A stretch of DNA of 64,000 nucleotides. Source: Minisyncoccia bacterium (GTDB taxonomy: Bacteria > Patescibacteriota > Minisyncoccia > Phycocordibacterales > UBA5272). A model generated the notes under the pieces. It was not told where the DNA came from, made no database searches, and saw only the letters and a list, made by a program, of their open reading frames with translations. A program made the position numbers and the translations under genes. Shown piece after piece: positions 34,693 through 44,183 of the stretch (its first letter is position 1; each line of letters starts with the position of its first letter). Location: positions 5,943 to 69,942 of the forward strand of contig JBBQKQ010000001.1 in NCBI GenBank assembly GCA_038326985.1, given 5' to 3'.

Positions 34693-35493
34693 TTAACTCC
34701 TTAATTTCCACCCTGTTTTAAATATCCAAACAACAAGATAAAGTGAAAGTATTCCTAGTCCAAAAAGTACCGCTAATCCTAGCACAATTGGTGCTTCATG
34801 GTAGCCAGTCATAGCAAAACGTATTCCGTCTGTTGAGTAAAATAGAGGGTTTAGGTGTACAAGAAACCTTAAATTTTCAGGCAACATGTTTACTGAGTAA
34901 AACGCACCACCTAAAAATGATAATGGTGTAATAATGAAGTTTGTAATAATATTAAACTTTTCAAAACTATTGTCAGCCCATATTCCAACTACAAGTCCCA
35001 AAAGTCCAAACACAAAAGAAATGAGTAGCACGTAAAGCAATAAGTAAAAAGGATGAGCTACACTATTTACCCCAAAAGTTAATGCCACTATCGAAAGAGT
35101 TACCATGATAATTAGCCCGCGAAATATTCCGTTAGCAATTAATGACAAGACGAGCTCTAAGTATGAAAGTGGATAAGTTAAAAAGTCTTCTAAAGTTTTT
35201 CCAAACTTCATGGAATAAATTGAGAAGCTTGTGGCCCCAAATACCGCCATGATGAGGTTCATAGAAAATACTCCTGGAAAAACAAATGAGATGTATTTTA
35301 TTCCTTCGATAGTATCTATTTTACTGCCAACTACATACCCGAAAATAAAAATGTAAAGAGAAGCCGTTACCAATGGGGCTATTAAAGACTGTGTTAATAC
35401 TCTTTTATTTCTTGCAATTTCTCGCTCCATAAGCGTAAAAAATGGTGTGAACCTTTTTTTAAGTTGATGAATTATATTTGTTATTGGTTTCAT
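34693..35493 (-). CDS. ABC-2 type transporter permease
   Basis: 266 aa, 6 TM helices, downstream of a DrrA/NatA-type ATPase. Confidence 0.85.
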   Translation of the reverse strand: MKPITNIIHQLKKRFTPFFTLMEREIARNKRVLTQSLIAPLVTASLYIFIFGYVVGSKIDTIEGIKYISFVFPGVFSMNLIMAVFGATSFSIYSMKFGKTLEDFLTYPLSYLELVLSLIANGIFRGLIIMVTLSIVALTFGVNSVAHPFYLLLYVLLISFVFGLLGLVVGIWADNSFEKFNIITNFIITPLSFLGGAFYSVNMLPENLRFLVHLNPLFYSTDGIRFAMTGYHEAPIVLGLAVLFGLGILSLYLVVWIFKTGWKLRS

Positions 35494-35497
35494 AAAT

Positions 35498-36229
35498 TTA
35501 ATTTTGAGTTATTTCTAAATACTTTTTCTCTAGCTTGCCACCTTCCATGGCAGTTTTTATATTTTCGTCGTACAAAACACTCCCACCTTTTATAATTATT
35601 ACTCGCTCACACATTTCTTCTATTTCTTCTAAATAGTGTGAAGTAAGAATAATAGTTTTACCATTTTTTTGAAGTTCTTTTAAATATTTCCAAATATCCT
35701 GACGAGTTTCAACGTCTACTCCTGCTGTAGGCTCATCTAAAATGACAATTTCAGGGTTATGAATTAAAGCTTTTGCCACAACAGTTCTTCTTTTGAGCCC
35801 ACCAGATAAAAAGTTAAAGCCTTTTTTACGGTGCTCCTGAAGATTAAAAACATTTAGCATCTCCTCTACTCTTTTTCTTCTTTCTTCTCCTACAATTCCA
35901 AAAAACCCAGCTTGGTAATATAGAACATCCTCAACAGGAGCGAAAAAATCAATATTAAACTCCTGAGCTGAAATACCGACCATCTGGCGAGCTTTTCGGT
36001 AATCTTTTACAACGTCATGTCCAAATATTTTTATACTTCCGCTGGTTGGCTCAGTTACTCCGACAATGCAGTTTATAGTAGTGGTTTTTCCAGCCCCGTT
36101 TGGTCCAAGTAGACCTACGAACTCTCCTTTTTTAATCTCTAAATTTATACCGTGAAGTGCCTCTTTTTCTGGCTGTTTCCCTTGTGCTCGGTAAACTTTT
36201 TTTAAGTTTTCTATTTTAATTGCTTCCAT
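35498..36229 (-). CDS. ABC transporter ATP-binding protein (ABC-2/DrrA-like)
   Basis: 243 aa. GPNGAGKTT, LSGGLKRR, VILDEPTAGVD. Confidence 0.9.
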   Translation of the reverse strand: MEAIKIENLKKVYRAQGKQPEKEALHGINLEIKKGEFVGLLGPNGAGKTTTINCIVGVTEPTSGSIKIFGHDVVKDYRKARQMVGISAQEFNIDFFAPVEDVLYYQAGFFGIVGEERRKRVEEMLNVFNLQEHRKKGFNFLSGGLKRRTVVAKALIHNPEIVILDEPTAGVDVETRQDIWKYLKELQKNGKTIILTSHYLEEIEEMCERVIIIKGGSVLYDENIKTAMEGGKLEKKYLEITQN

Positions 36230-36235
36230 CTACAC

Positions 36236-36244
36236 ATTATATCA
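36236..36244 (-). promoter_or_regulatory. extended -10 box (TGATATAAT) 6 nt upstream of the ABC ATPase ATG
   Basis: The minus strand reads TGATATAAT-GTGTAG-ATG, with no SD. Confidence 0.6.
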
Positions 36245-36269
36245 TAAAATGCTTATGCAAATTAAATAC

Positions 36270-38060
36270 TTATATTAAAATTCTATATAACCTCAAGTCA
36301 TCATAAGAGTGTTTCTCTTTTAATTCCTTAAAAACCGGGTTTAACTTACCTGACAGCTCTTCGTCGTTTGCAAACTTTTCAAAGGCTTTTTTAACTGCGA
36401 CTGGTATTTTTTGATATTTTTTAGGAATTAATTCTTTCACTTCATCTTTCCCGATTTTTTCCCATTCTAAAAGCTCTTCAACATGTCCGAGAATTGTAGC
36501 AATCGTCAAACCACGTTTTTTAGCAATGTCCTCGAGCTTTACTTTTTCTAAAAGGTAATTTAAAGTTTGGTCTTGAGTAGATAATTTACTTTCTTGAACC
36601 TTTGGCATTACTCCCCCTTCAGGACTACCACCACACCTGACAATAAAATCATGTTTTAGTTTCTCCATTCTTCCGGCTTCCGAATTTCTTAATTTCTCTT
36701 GGATAAATTTTGAGTCTTTCAAAATCTTTTCGTCAAACTCACTTATGGCTTCATTTACTAGCAAACTTTTTGCATTAAAACTTTTTAAATGGAGCCCATC
36801 CAAACTTCGTACTCGCGAAAGTGCCACATACCCCTGTCCGTATTCAAAAGTCTCCCCCAAAGAAACTACTGCCGAGTCAAGTGACATACCTTGTGACTTA
36901 TGGACGGTTATTGCCCACGCAAGACGGAGTGGATACTGACTTATTTTTGCTTTTACTTTTCCATCATCCTCAATTGCCCAATCTGCTTGTTTTAAGTTTA
37001 CTGTTTGTCCATTGGTTTTCCTGATTGTAATTCCAAAACTTGAAAGGTCTACGACTTCGCCCATTGTTCCATTTACAAATTGTCCTTCCATATCATTTTT
37101 AGTAAAAATAACTTTAGCTCCAACTTTAAGTTTTAAAATTTCAGGTGACAAACAATTTTTTATTAAACCCTCTACTAGTTTTGCACTTCCAGTACTTATC
37201 ATTTTATATATTTTTTCTGTACCAACCAAATTTTTTAATTTATTTTCATTGATACTATCTACGTCTTTATTATGCGAATGTAGCTCAATAATATCGACCA
37301 AATCAATACCTTGTGGAACTTCCCCACCCTTATTTAAGGGAAGGTTAGGGGGGGTCTCTTCTAGCACTTCAATACTTTCTTCCTCAAATTCTTCTTTTAT
37401 TATCTTCTCTTTTATACCTAGTTTTTTATTTGTCCTCTTTACTAGTTCTTCTAAAATTTCCACATGCATTTCTTCAATGTTATTCGCTCGTATTGCTAAA
37501 AGCAAATTTGTAAATATCTCGTCACTTTGGCGAAACTGTTCTTCTAAGTAGCAAGTTAAAGGCCGAGCTTCTTTCCAAGCTGAGCTTGCAAAGGCAAAAT
37601 GTTTTCCTTGTTCACCAAATTTTGTAACTGGTGGTAGTTGAAAAAAGTCCCCGACAAATATTACTTGAAGCCCCCCAAAAGCTTTTTCTGGATTTTTAAT
37701 AGCTTTACAAACTTTGTTCACATTCTCTAAAGTTTGCGCATCAAGCATCGATATCTCATCTATTATAAGTACAGTGGCATTTTGTATTTTTTTTACAAGC
37801 TTTTCTCGACTCATTATTTCGTCTAGTTTATAGTCATCTATATAATTTGAAATTCCAATCCCACTCCATGAGTGGATTGTACTTCCAGAGATATGTGTGG
37901 CAGCTATCCCAGTTGAAGCCGTGATGCTTGGATATATTCCATGCTCTACCAAATATTTTACGTATTGGTTTATCACGTAGGTCTTTCCAGCCCCTGGAAC
38001 TCCAGTTAAAAAGACATTGCTCCCGGTTTTTAAAATTTCTAAGGCCTCTGTTTGTAGCAT
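36270..38060 (-). CDS. Pif1/RecD-family (SF1B) DNA helicase with a C-terminal HTH-like domain
   Basis: 596 aa. Walker A GVPGAGKTYV, LIIDEISML, GDFFQLPPV, VHKSQGMSLD. Carries GC-rich element B2 in frame. Confidence 0.9.
   Translation of the reverse strand: MLQTEALEILKTGSNVFLTGVPGAGKTYVINQYVKYLVEHGIYPSITASTGIAATHISGSTIHSWSGIGISNYIDDYKLDEIMSREKLVKKIQNATVLIIDEISMLDAQTLENVNKVCKAIKNPEKAFGGLQVIFVGDFFQLPPVTKFGEQGKHFAFASSAWKEARPLTCYLEEQFRQSDEIFTNLLLAIRANNIEEMHVEILEELVKRTNKKLGIKEKIIKEEFEEESIEVLEETPPNLPLNKGGEVPQGIDLVDIIELHSHNKDVDSINENKLKNLVGTEKIYKMISTGSAKLVEGLIKNCLSPEILKLKVGAKVIFTKNDMEGQFVNGTMGEVVDLSSFGITIRKTNGQTVNLKQADWAIEDDGKVKAKISQYPLRLAWAITVHKSQGMSLDSAVVSLGETFEYGQGYVALSRVRSLDGLHLKSFNAKSLLVNEAISEFDEKILKDSKFIQEKLRNSEAGRMEKLKHDFIVRCGGSPEGGVMPKVQESKLSTQDQTLNYLLEKVKLEDIAKKRGLTIATILGHVEELLEWEKIGKDEVKELIPKKYQKIPVAVKKAFEKFANDEELSGKLNPVFKELKEKHSYDDLRLYRILI
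37322..37355 (-). repeat. GC-rich hairpin mini-element, family B, copy 2 (in frame inside the helicase gene)
   Basis: ccccacccttatttaagggaaggttagggggggt. Translated in the host frame as ETPPNLPLNKGGE, compared with TPPNLPLMKGRN at 3971-4003. Same orientation and frame relative to the host gene. Confidence 0.75.
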
Positions 38061-38066
38061 TAAAAT

Positions 38067-38075
38067 ATTATATCA
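38067..38075 (-). promoter_or_regulatory. extended -10 box (TGATATAAT) 6 nt upstream of the helicase ATG
   Basis: The minus strand reads TGATATAAT-ATTTTA-ATG, with no SD. Confidence 0.6.
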
Positions 38076-38123
38076 CTCAAAAGAGAAAAGCGCCCAACGG
38101 AAGTTGAACGCTTTAAACCTGCT

Positions 38124-38747
38124 TTACAAATAAATATTCTTAAAATCCAAATTCAAGAAAAACTTTTTTACTTTTTCAAAATCAACCTCAAATCCTTTCA
38201 TCATAAAAATCTCATCATCTTCTATTTCATCAAAATATTTTAAACTTTTTAAAATTAAAGACGCATTTAAGCTAGGATATTTTATATTACACTGATCGAG
38301 TAGATATTGTAAATTAAAATCTCGAAGTAAGAAATATAAATCAACATAATCTTTTTTAGTCGATCTTTGGCAAATTGCACTTAATTTCATGCAAGCAATA
38401 TCTAGTTTGCTCGCTAATTTTAAATATTTTTCATTTTTAAAAATTTCCAACATTTCATATTTGATTGTAAAAAAACTGACCTTAACACCATTGTCCAACA
38501 AAAACACAAGTGTATTTTTTGCTTCTCTAGTTATTTCTAATTTATAATTTTTGAAAACTTCTCGGCATTTTTCAAAAAGAATGGCTACATCAAAATCTTG
38601 ATCTGTAAAAAAGTCAAAGTCGATACTTTCTCTATGTCCTAAGTAAAGTGCCAATGCGGTACCACCAGCCAAATAAAAATCATTTTTAAAATTCTCCATT
38701 AGTGGCAACACTTCCATTCTCGCTTTATCTAAAACTTCGTATTTCAT
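38124..38747 (-). CDS. nucleotidyltransferase, AbiEii/AbiGii toxin-like (type IV TA family)
   Basis: 207 aa. FYLAGGTALALYLGHRESIDFDFF is the characteristic NTase motif of this family. Confidence 0.7.
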   Translation of the reverse strand: MKYEVLDKARMEVLPLMENFKNDFYLAGGTALALYLGHRESIDFDFFTDQDFDVAILFEKCREVFKNYKLEITREAKNTLVFLLDNGVKVSFFTIKYEMLEIFKNEKYLKLASKLDIACMKLSAICQRSTKKDYVDLYFLLRDFNLQYLLDQCNIKYPSLNASLILKSLKYFDEIEDDEIFMMKGFEVDFEKVKKFFLNLDFKNIYL

Positions 38748-38757
38748 ATATTAGTTT

Positions 38758-38997
38758 TTAAATATTTTTAAATTCGTTATTCCAGAATGAAAAAGTTTTA
38801 GAATCAAACTCTGTTTTTTTAACAGAATAAAAAACTTTTTTAATTTCATTTTTTCCGTAAATTTTAAAAAGTTCTTTCCACGAGTTTGTATTTCCAAAAT
38901 TCAATATATTCAAAATAATAGTTTTTTTATTTTTTTCAATATCTAACTTTTCAAATATATAGCTCCACAAATATGGTTTAAAGCTTATTGGTAACAT
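38758..38997 (-). CDS. small partner protein upstream of the AbiEii-like NTase (putative antitoxin; DUF6922-like)
   Basis: 79 aa. LWSYIFEKLDIEKNKKTIILNILNFGNTNSWKELFKIYG resembles the xFWDvxxxxLDxEKhxxxIIxRvLxxG...W family, recalled from memory. Confidence 0.5.
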   Translation of the reverse strand: MLPISFKPYLWSYIFEKLDIEKNKKTIILNILNFGNTNSWKELFKIYGKNEIKKVFYSVKKTEFDSKTFSFWNNEFKNI

Positions 38998-39040
38998 GAC
39001 TATATTATATCACAAATTTATGATATAATGAAATAAATAT

Positions 39041-39817
39041 ATGTCAAATTACAAAGAAAATACAACCAGCAACATAGAGTTTATCTATGGAAAAAATGCA
39101 GTGGCAGAAGCACTCAGAAATAGAGCTGATACCATAGAAAGAGTGTTCATGGAAAAAGATAGAACTTTTGATGATGAGTACGAGAAAGAAGTTTTAAGTT
39201 TAGTTAAAAAAAATAATCTAAAGCTAGAGAAGTTTTCCCCAAACGATTTGGCTAAAGAGCTAAAATTTGCAAACCACCAAGGAATCTTAGCAAAAGTGAA
39301 TATTAATAGTCTGACAGTTTCTTTTGAACACTTTATTGAAAATCTACAAGTTGACCCAAACACTTGTTTACTAATTCTGGGAGAACTTCAGGACCCACAA
39401 AATGTTGGCTCGATTATAAGAAGTGCTGCGGCCTTTGGAGTTGCCGGAATTCTTATTCCTGAACACGACCAGGTACAGATTAACGCTACAGTGGTAAAAG
39501 TTTCTGCTGGTGCAGCATTCTCTATTCCTCTTGTTAGAATAAACAATGTCAACAACTGTATTGAAAAACTAAAAGAAAAAAGATTTTGGATTTACGGATT
39601 AGATATGGAAGGAGAGAAATTTATTTCCGAAGAATCCTTCACTGAGCCAAGTGTGTTTGTTATTGGAAATGAAGGTGACGGAATAAGACAAAAGACAAAA
39701 GAAACTTGTGACATGGTTTTAAAAATCCCCCAATCTGAAAAAGTAGAGTCTCTCAATGCGTCAATCTCTACTGCCGTTGCGCTCTATGAATGGAGGAGAC
39801 AAAAAATTACTAATTAG
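39041..39817 (+). CDS. rlmB: SpoU/TrmH-family 23S rRNA 2'-O-methyltransferase (RlmB-like)
   Basis: 258 aa. N-terminal substrate-binding domain (IYGKNAVAEAL), LQDPQNVGSIIRSAAAFG, VIGNEGDGI, SLNASISTAVALYE. Confidence 0.88.
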   Translation: MSNYKENTTSNIEFIYGKNAVAEALRNRADTIERVFMEKDRTFDDEYEKEVLSLVKKNNLKLEKFSPNDLAKELKFANHQGILAKVNINSLTVSFEHFIENLQVDPNTCLLILGELQDPQNVGSIIRSAAAFGVAGILIPEHDQVQINATVVKVSAGAAFSIPLVRINNVNNCIEKLKEKRFWIYGLDMEGEKFISEESFTEPSVFVIGNEGDGIRQKTKETCDMVLKIPQSEKVESLNASISTAVALYEWRRQKITN

Positions 39818-39823
39818 CAATAA

Positions 39824-41566
39824 TTAATTTTTCTGGTTCTTAATATAAACCTCCCAATCGTTTTTAAATTTTTGGTTTCTCACTAACAAATCGGCAAATG
39901 TACTCTCATCAATAATTTCACCATTTGAGAAAATTACAATTCTGTCAAAATATTTCAATAAATTCATTTTGTGAATCGTGGCTAGAATTGTTTTGTTTTC
40001 AAAATTCTTAAAAATATTTTGATAAATTTTTACTTCATTTTCAGGGTCTACCGATGAGGTGGACTCATCAAGTAAAAGAATATTTTTATCTTGGGAAAAC
40101 AATAAGGCCCTAGTTAGAGCTAAGCGCTGTTTCTGGCCACCAGACAAATTCACTCCTTTTTCATTTATAACAGAATCAATTCCATGAGGAAGTAACCCTA
40201 ATACATTTGTAAATTCTGCCATGTCAGTGGCTTTTTTTATTTCCTTATCTGTAAAGTCTAGAAGTAGGGTAATATTTTCTTTTATACTAGCAGAAAATAC
40301 CTCGGGTTCTTGTGGAACTAAAGTGGTATGCAAATCTATATTTGCAAAATTGGTCTCCATTTCTGTTAAAGCATTTTCCTTATGAACAAATAATTTCGCA
40401 CTTGAATTTGGATAAAGACCATGCAAGATTTTTAAAAAAGTACTTTTCCCCGAACCGCTTTCCCCAATTAAAGCTACTTTTTCACCCATCTGAAAATTAA
40501 AGTCTATATTTTTAATATTATTTTCAGAACTTGTATGGTCTTGGTATTTAAAAACTAAATTTTTAATTTCTATTTTAGTCCAGTTATCAACTTTAGGTTT
40601 TATAATTTTCTCTAATTGTTCATAATCTTTTTCTATTGCCTCGGCATTCAAAACTCGACTTTTGTTAACAACCATTTCTTCATAATTTCCTGCAAAGGTA
40701 TAAAAAACATTATCTAGGTTTGAAAGATATAGATACAAGGAGCTTATAGTACCTATTTGAAATGCTAAATTATTTCTATAAATAGTATAAATATAATAAC
40801 TAAACGGTACCAAAACTAAAATCCTAAAAAGTAAAGAACCTGTAAACCATTTTAGTTCGCTGATAATTCTTATGTTCTGAAAAATAGAAAAACTAGACCC
40901 AAAACTTTTATTTAAACTTTCTTGCACAGGTTTTTCAATGTTCAAAACTTTTACGGTTGTGATATTTGAAATAACGTCGAAAACCTTAGCAGACATTTTA
41001 TTATCTAAATTATTTATTTTTTTGTATTTCGGAATTAAATTTTTATCAAAAGCAAAAATTATAGTTAATGCTCCAATTAAAATCCCGATAGCTAAAAACC
41101 CTACAGTTAAATTAAAGGAAATTAGAATTATGGTGGTGCCGACTGCTCTTATTATAACTGAGATGACTTGGAAAATTTTTGAAGAAAAACTAAAGAGTCC
41201 GTCACTAGCTTTGTTTACCTTGTCGATTGTGTCCCCACTATCACGGTTGCCATGCCAGGAAAGTCCTAGCGACATTACGCATTTTAATAAATATTTTTTA
41301 AAATTTCTATCAATTTTATAGGCTACTCCCATTTCCAAAATTCTAGATGGTCCATGAAAGGCCCAAAATAATATTGGTATTATGAAAATTGCAAAAAGCT
41401 GTAAAGATAAATAATTAATGTTTGAGGATACAATTCCATTATTTTGAATTTCATTTAAAAATCTTCCAAGAAAAAATGGTGGAAAGAGATCAACAACACT
41501 TGCCATAACTGAAAGAAAAATATACAAAAAAACAATATGTTTATTCCCGTCTGCATATTGCCACAT
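39824..41566 (-). CDS. ABC exporter, fused TMD-NBD (MsbA/type I exporter-like)
   Basis: 580 aa. 6 TM helices followed by GESGSGKST, LSGGQKQR, LLLDESTS. Confidence 0.9.
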   Translation of the reverse strand: MWQYADGNKHIVFLYIFLSVMASVVDLFPPFFLGRFLNEIQNNGIVSSNINYLSLQLFAIFIIPILFWAFHGPSRILEMGVAYKIDRNFKKYLLKCVMSLGLSWHGNRDSGDTIDKVNKASDGLFSFSSKIFQVISVIIRAVGTTIILISFNLTVGFLAIGILIGALTIIFAFDKNLIPKYKKINNLDNKMSAKVFDVISNITTVKVLNIEKPVQESLNKSFGSSFSIFQNIRIISELKWFTGSLLFRILVLVPFSYYIYTIYRNNLAFQIGTISSLYLYLSNLDNVFYTFAGNYEEMVVNKSRVLNAEAIEKDYEQLEKIIKPKVDNWTKIEIKNLVFKYQDHTSSENNIKNIDFNFQMGEKVALIGESGSGKSTFLKILHGLYPNSSAKLFVHKENALTEMETNFANIDLHTTLVPQEPEVFSASIKENITLLLDFTDKEIKKATDMAEFTNVLGLLPHGIDSVINEKGVNLSGGQKQRLALTRALLFSQDKNILLLDESTSSVDPENEVKIYQNIFKNFENKTILATIHKMNLLKYFDRIVIFSNGEIIDESTFADLLVRNQKFKNDWEVYIKNQKN

Positions 41567-41670
41567 TTTCCTGGTTAGGAAAGTTACTGGTTCGTTTTTA
41601 AAATTATTAATTTTTATTTTGAATAATTATATTATAAAGGAATTTTTTTATAATGTAAATAAATCTTCAT

Positions 41671-41699
41671 TTGACTTATACCCCACTAGGGTATATACT
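41671..41699 (+). promoter_or_regulatory. sigma-70-type promoter with an embedded CsoR-type operator
   Basis: TTGACT (41671-76), a 17-nt spacer, then TATACT (41694-99). The spacer contains the inverted repeat TATACCC-CACTA-GGGTATA (41677-41695), of the TACCC...GGGTA type bound by CsoR. The ATG lies 8 nt after the -10. Confidence 0.7.
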
Positions 41700-41707
41700 C
41701 TTGTTAT

Positions 41708-41980
41708 ATGCACGGAATAAATAAAAATCAGCAAGGTATTTTAAATCGAATCAAGAGAATCCAAGGTCAGCTTAATGGTGTAGAAAAAATGATTACGGGT
41801 GACAAATATTGCATAGATATAATAACTCAAACAAGTGCTATTAAGAATGCCATTTCTTCGCTGGAAGACGAAATGCTAGAAAGCCATCTTGCACATTGTC
41901 TTCACAAAGAAACCAATAAAAATCGCTTGGAAGAAATGCAAAAAGAAATTATAAAAGTATATAAACTTAAAAGAAAATAA
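41708..41980 (+). CDS. csoR: CsoR/RcnR-family metal-sensing repressor
   Basis: 90 aa. ILNRIKRIQGQLNGVEKMI, then C-x28-H-x3-C ligands (YCIDI...SHLAHC). Confidence 0.9.
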   Translation: MHGINKNQQGILNRIKRIQGQLNGVEKMITGDKYCIDIITQTSAIKNAISSLEDEMLESHLAHCLHKETNKNRLEEMQKEIIKVYKLKRK

Positions 41981-41983
41981 TAT

Positions 41984-42472
41984 ATGAAAGTTTCAGAAGA
42001 TAATAAAAATTATTTAACATATGTCTCTAAATATTTAGGAGTTGCTCTAATTTCTGGATCTGTAGTGCATATTGGTACCATCCAAGATAGTGTATCTAAA
42101 TATGTTGTTTTAATTATTATTGGTTTAGTTTTAATGACGATTGGAAATATTAGAGAAGCTAAAATAAGTGGTCAAAAAATTAATTTAAATTACTTAGTAA
42201 TAATTACTGCTTTATCTTTGTCTACTGGCTTTTTATCTGGAGGAGTACAACATTATTTAGATAACCCATCTTATGCTGGCTTGCTGCTGGGACTAGGTGT
42301 AGTAATTACTTATATAACTTTTTTTCTGAAAGATAGACTTAATTTACCCCTCAAAAATGTTATGATAATTATCATGTTTGCAATTTTAATAATTTTAATT
42401 TCAAATTTTCTAATTGACGACAAACTACTTGGTGCAAATCATCACGAATTATCAATAACTTACATAAAATAA
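41984..42472 (+). CDS. hypothetical 4-TM membrane protein (csoR operon)
   Basis: 162 aa. Tightly coupled, with a 3-nt gap after csoR. Confidence 0.4.
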   Translation: MKVSEDNKNYLTYVSKYLGVALISGSVVHIGTIQDSVSKYVVLIIIGLVLMTIGNIREAKISGQKINLNYLVIITALSLSTGFLSGGVQHYLDNPSYAGLLLGLGVVITYITFFLKDRLNLPLKNVMIIIMFAILIILISNFLIDDKLLGANHHELSITYIK

Positions 42473-42476
42473 TTAT

Positions 42477-43103
42477 ATGCAGACAAAAAATAAATGCGAG
42501 AAGTGTTCAATGGATGGAGAATACAAGGAAGTAGTAAATAGCTTTGTACATTATTATTGCGTACACCACAAGACGGAGCACTCAGTTAAAATAGAAAATT
42601 TACCAAAGAAAAGTATTTTAAATACCCTGAGTGAATTATTACCATTAATTTATGTTATTCTTGGAATATCACTAATTGCTTGTATAAGGCAGATTGGAGA
42701 AATTAATGGAATGCTTTACATGATGGACTGGATGGGACTTTTTCTTTTAGTATTTGGTGGTTTGAAACTTGTAGATTTAAAAGGTTTTGCAGAGGGTTTT
42801 GCAAGTTACGATATCATAGCCAAGAAATTCCATAACTATGGTTACCTATTTCCATTTTTAGAAATTATTCTTGGTATTTTGTATCTAACTGGTCATATGT
42901 ATCTTTTACAAAATATTTTAGTTTTAGTTATTTCAGCTCTCGGAATGTATTCAGCTTATAAAGTAATAACTGATAAACTTGAAATTCGTTGTGTCTGCCT
43001 CGGTACCCTCTTCCACATTCCTATGACCTGGGCAACTTTTATTGAAAACTTTTTAATGGCAGTTATGATAATTGTAATGCTTTCAATACCTATGAGTATG
43101 TAA
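42477..43103 (+). CDS. MauE/DoxX-like membrane protein with an N-terminal Cys/His-rich (zinc-ribbon-like) segment
   Basis: 208 aa. CEKCSMDG...YYCVHHKTEH, then 4 TM helices with GGLKLVDLKGF and the CVCLG motif typical of MauE-like proteins. Confidence 0.5.
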   Translation: MQTKNKCEKCSMDGEYKEVVNSFVHYYCVHHKTEHSVKIENLPKKSILNTLSELLPLIYVILGISLIACIRQIGEINGMLYMMDWMGLFLLVFGGLKLVDLKGFAEGFASYDIIAKKFHNYGYLFPFLEIILGILYLTGHMYLLQNILVLVISALGMYSAYKVITDKLEIRCVCLGTLFHIPMTWATFIENFLMAVMIIVMLSIPMSM

Positions 43104-43105
43104 AT

Positions 43106-44155
43106 ATGGATAATTCAAATCTTTTTTCAAATGTAGAAATATCCTTATCACCCACTAACTTTGAGATTATAAAAAAAGTAATAGAAAAGGTAGAAAATTT
43201 ATTAAAAACTCCTGAATATATAGCTGGGAAAACTAATGGTGTTTTTATGTCATATGATTTTCACATTAAAGAAAAGGGTCCACAACTTATAGAAATAAAT
43301 ACTAATGCAGGTGGTGGGGCTTTATTCTACACACATCTAGAGTCTTTAGAAGTTAAAAACTATTTTCCAGGTTTGAAACAATATATTGTAAGTATGTTCG
43401 AGAGTGAGTGGCAAAAGTTTAATTCTGGAGATATGTCTAAAAAACTAAAAACAATAGCTATTGTAGATGAAAACCCAGTAACTCAGTTTTTGTATTCTGA
43501 ATTTATAATAATTCAAAAAATTTTGAAAGATGTAGGATACGAAGTGTTTATCCTAAACCCAAAAGATTTACAATTTGCAGATGGTATTTTAACTTTTAAT
43601 GGGATACAAATAGATTTGGTCTATAATAGACTAACAGATTTTTACTTTGAAAAACCTGAGTCTAAAGTTTTGAAAGAAGCTTATGAAAGTAGAAGAGTTT
43701 TAATAACTCCAAATCCACTCCATCATAAAACCTTTGCCAATAAATCAAATTTTATATCTTTAAGTCAAAATGAAAACTTAAAAGAAAATGTGCCTGAAAC
43801 AATTTTAGTTACGGAAAATAATAAAATTAGACTTTGGAATGAAAGAAAAGAAAATTTCTTTAAACCAATTTCAGGATCTGGTAGTCGAGCGGTTTACTGT
43901 GGTGAAAAAATAACCACTAGAGTCTGGAATGAAACAATCGATGGAAGTTATATTGCACAAAAATGTACTAAAGCTAGTAGAATTCTTAATTCTAAAGGAA
44001 AAGAAATGCGATACGATGTTAGGTTTTTTACCTATGGTGGTGAAATATTTTTCATGTTCGCGCGACTATATAGTGGCCAAGCAACAAATTTTAGGACTGA
44101 GGGTGGTGGATTTGCAACTGTAAAAATTGAAGATAGTCTTGTTGCCGATATTTAG
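43106..44155 (+). CDS. ATP-grasp-superfamily-like protein (glutathionylspermidine-synthase/circularly-permuted type), function unknown
   Basis: 349 aa. PQLIEINTNAGGG and DLVYNRLTDFYFE...ITPNPLHHKTFANKS resemble ATP-grasp ligases. The assignment is tentative. Confidence 0.4.
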   Translation: MDNSNLFSNVEISLSPTNFEIIKKVIEKVENLLKTPEYIAGKTNGVFMSYDFHIKEKGPQLIEINTNAGGGALFYTHLESLEVKNYFPGLKQYIVSMFESEWQKFNSGDMSKKLKTIAIVDENPVTQFLYSEFIIIQKILKDVGYEVFILNPKDLQFADGILTFNGIQIDLVYNRLTDFYFEKPESKVLKEAYESRRVLITPNPLHHKTFANKSNFISLSQNENLKENVPETILVTENNKIRLWNERKENFFKPISGSGSRAVYCGEKITTRVWNETIDGSYIAQKCTKASRILNSKGKEMRYDVRFFTYGGEIFFMFARLYSGQATNFRTEGGGFATVKIEDSLVADI

Positions 44156-44183
44156 TGCAGCAAGAAATACAAATAAATAATAT

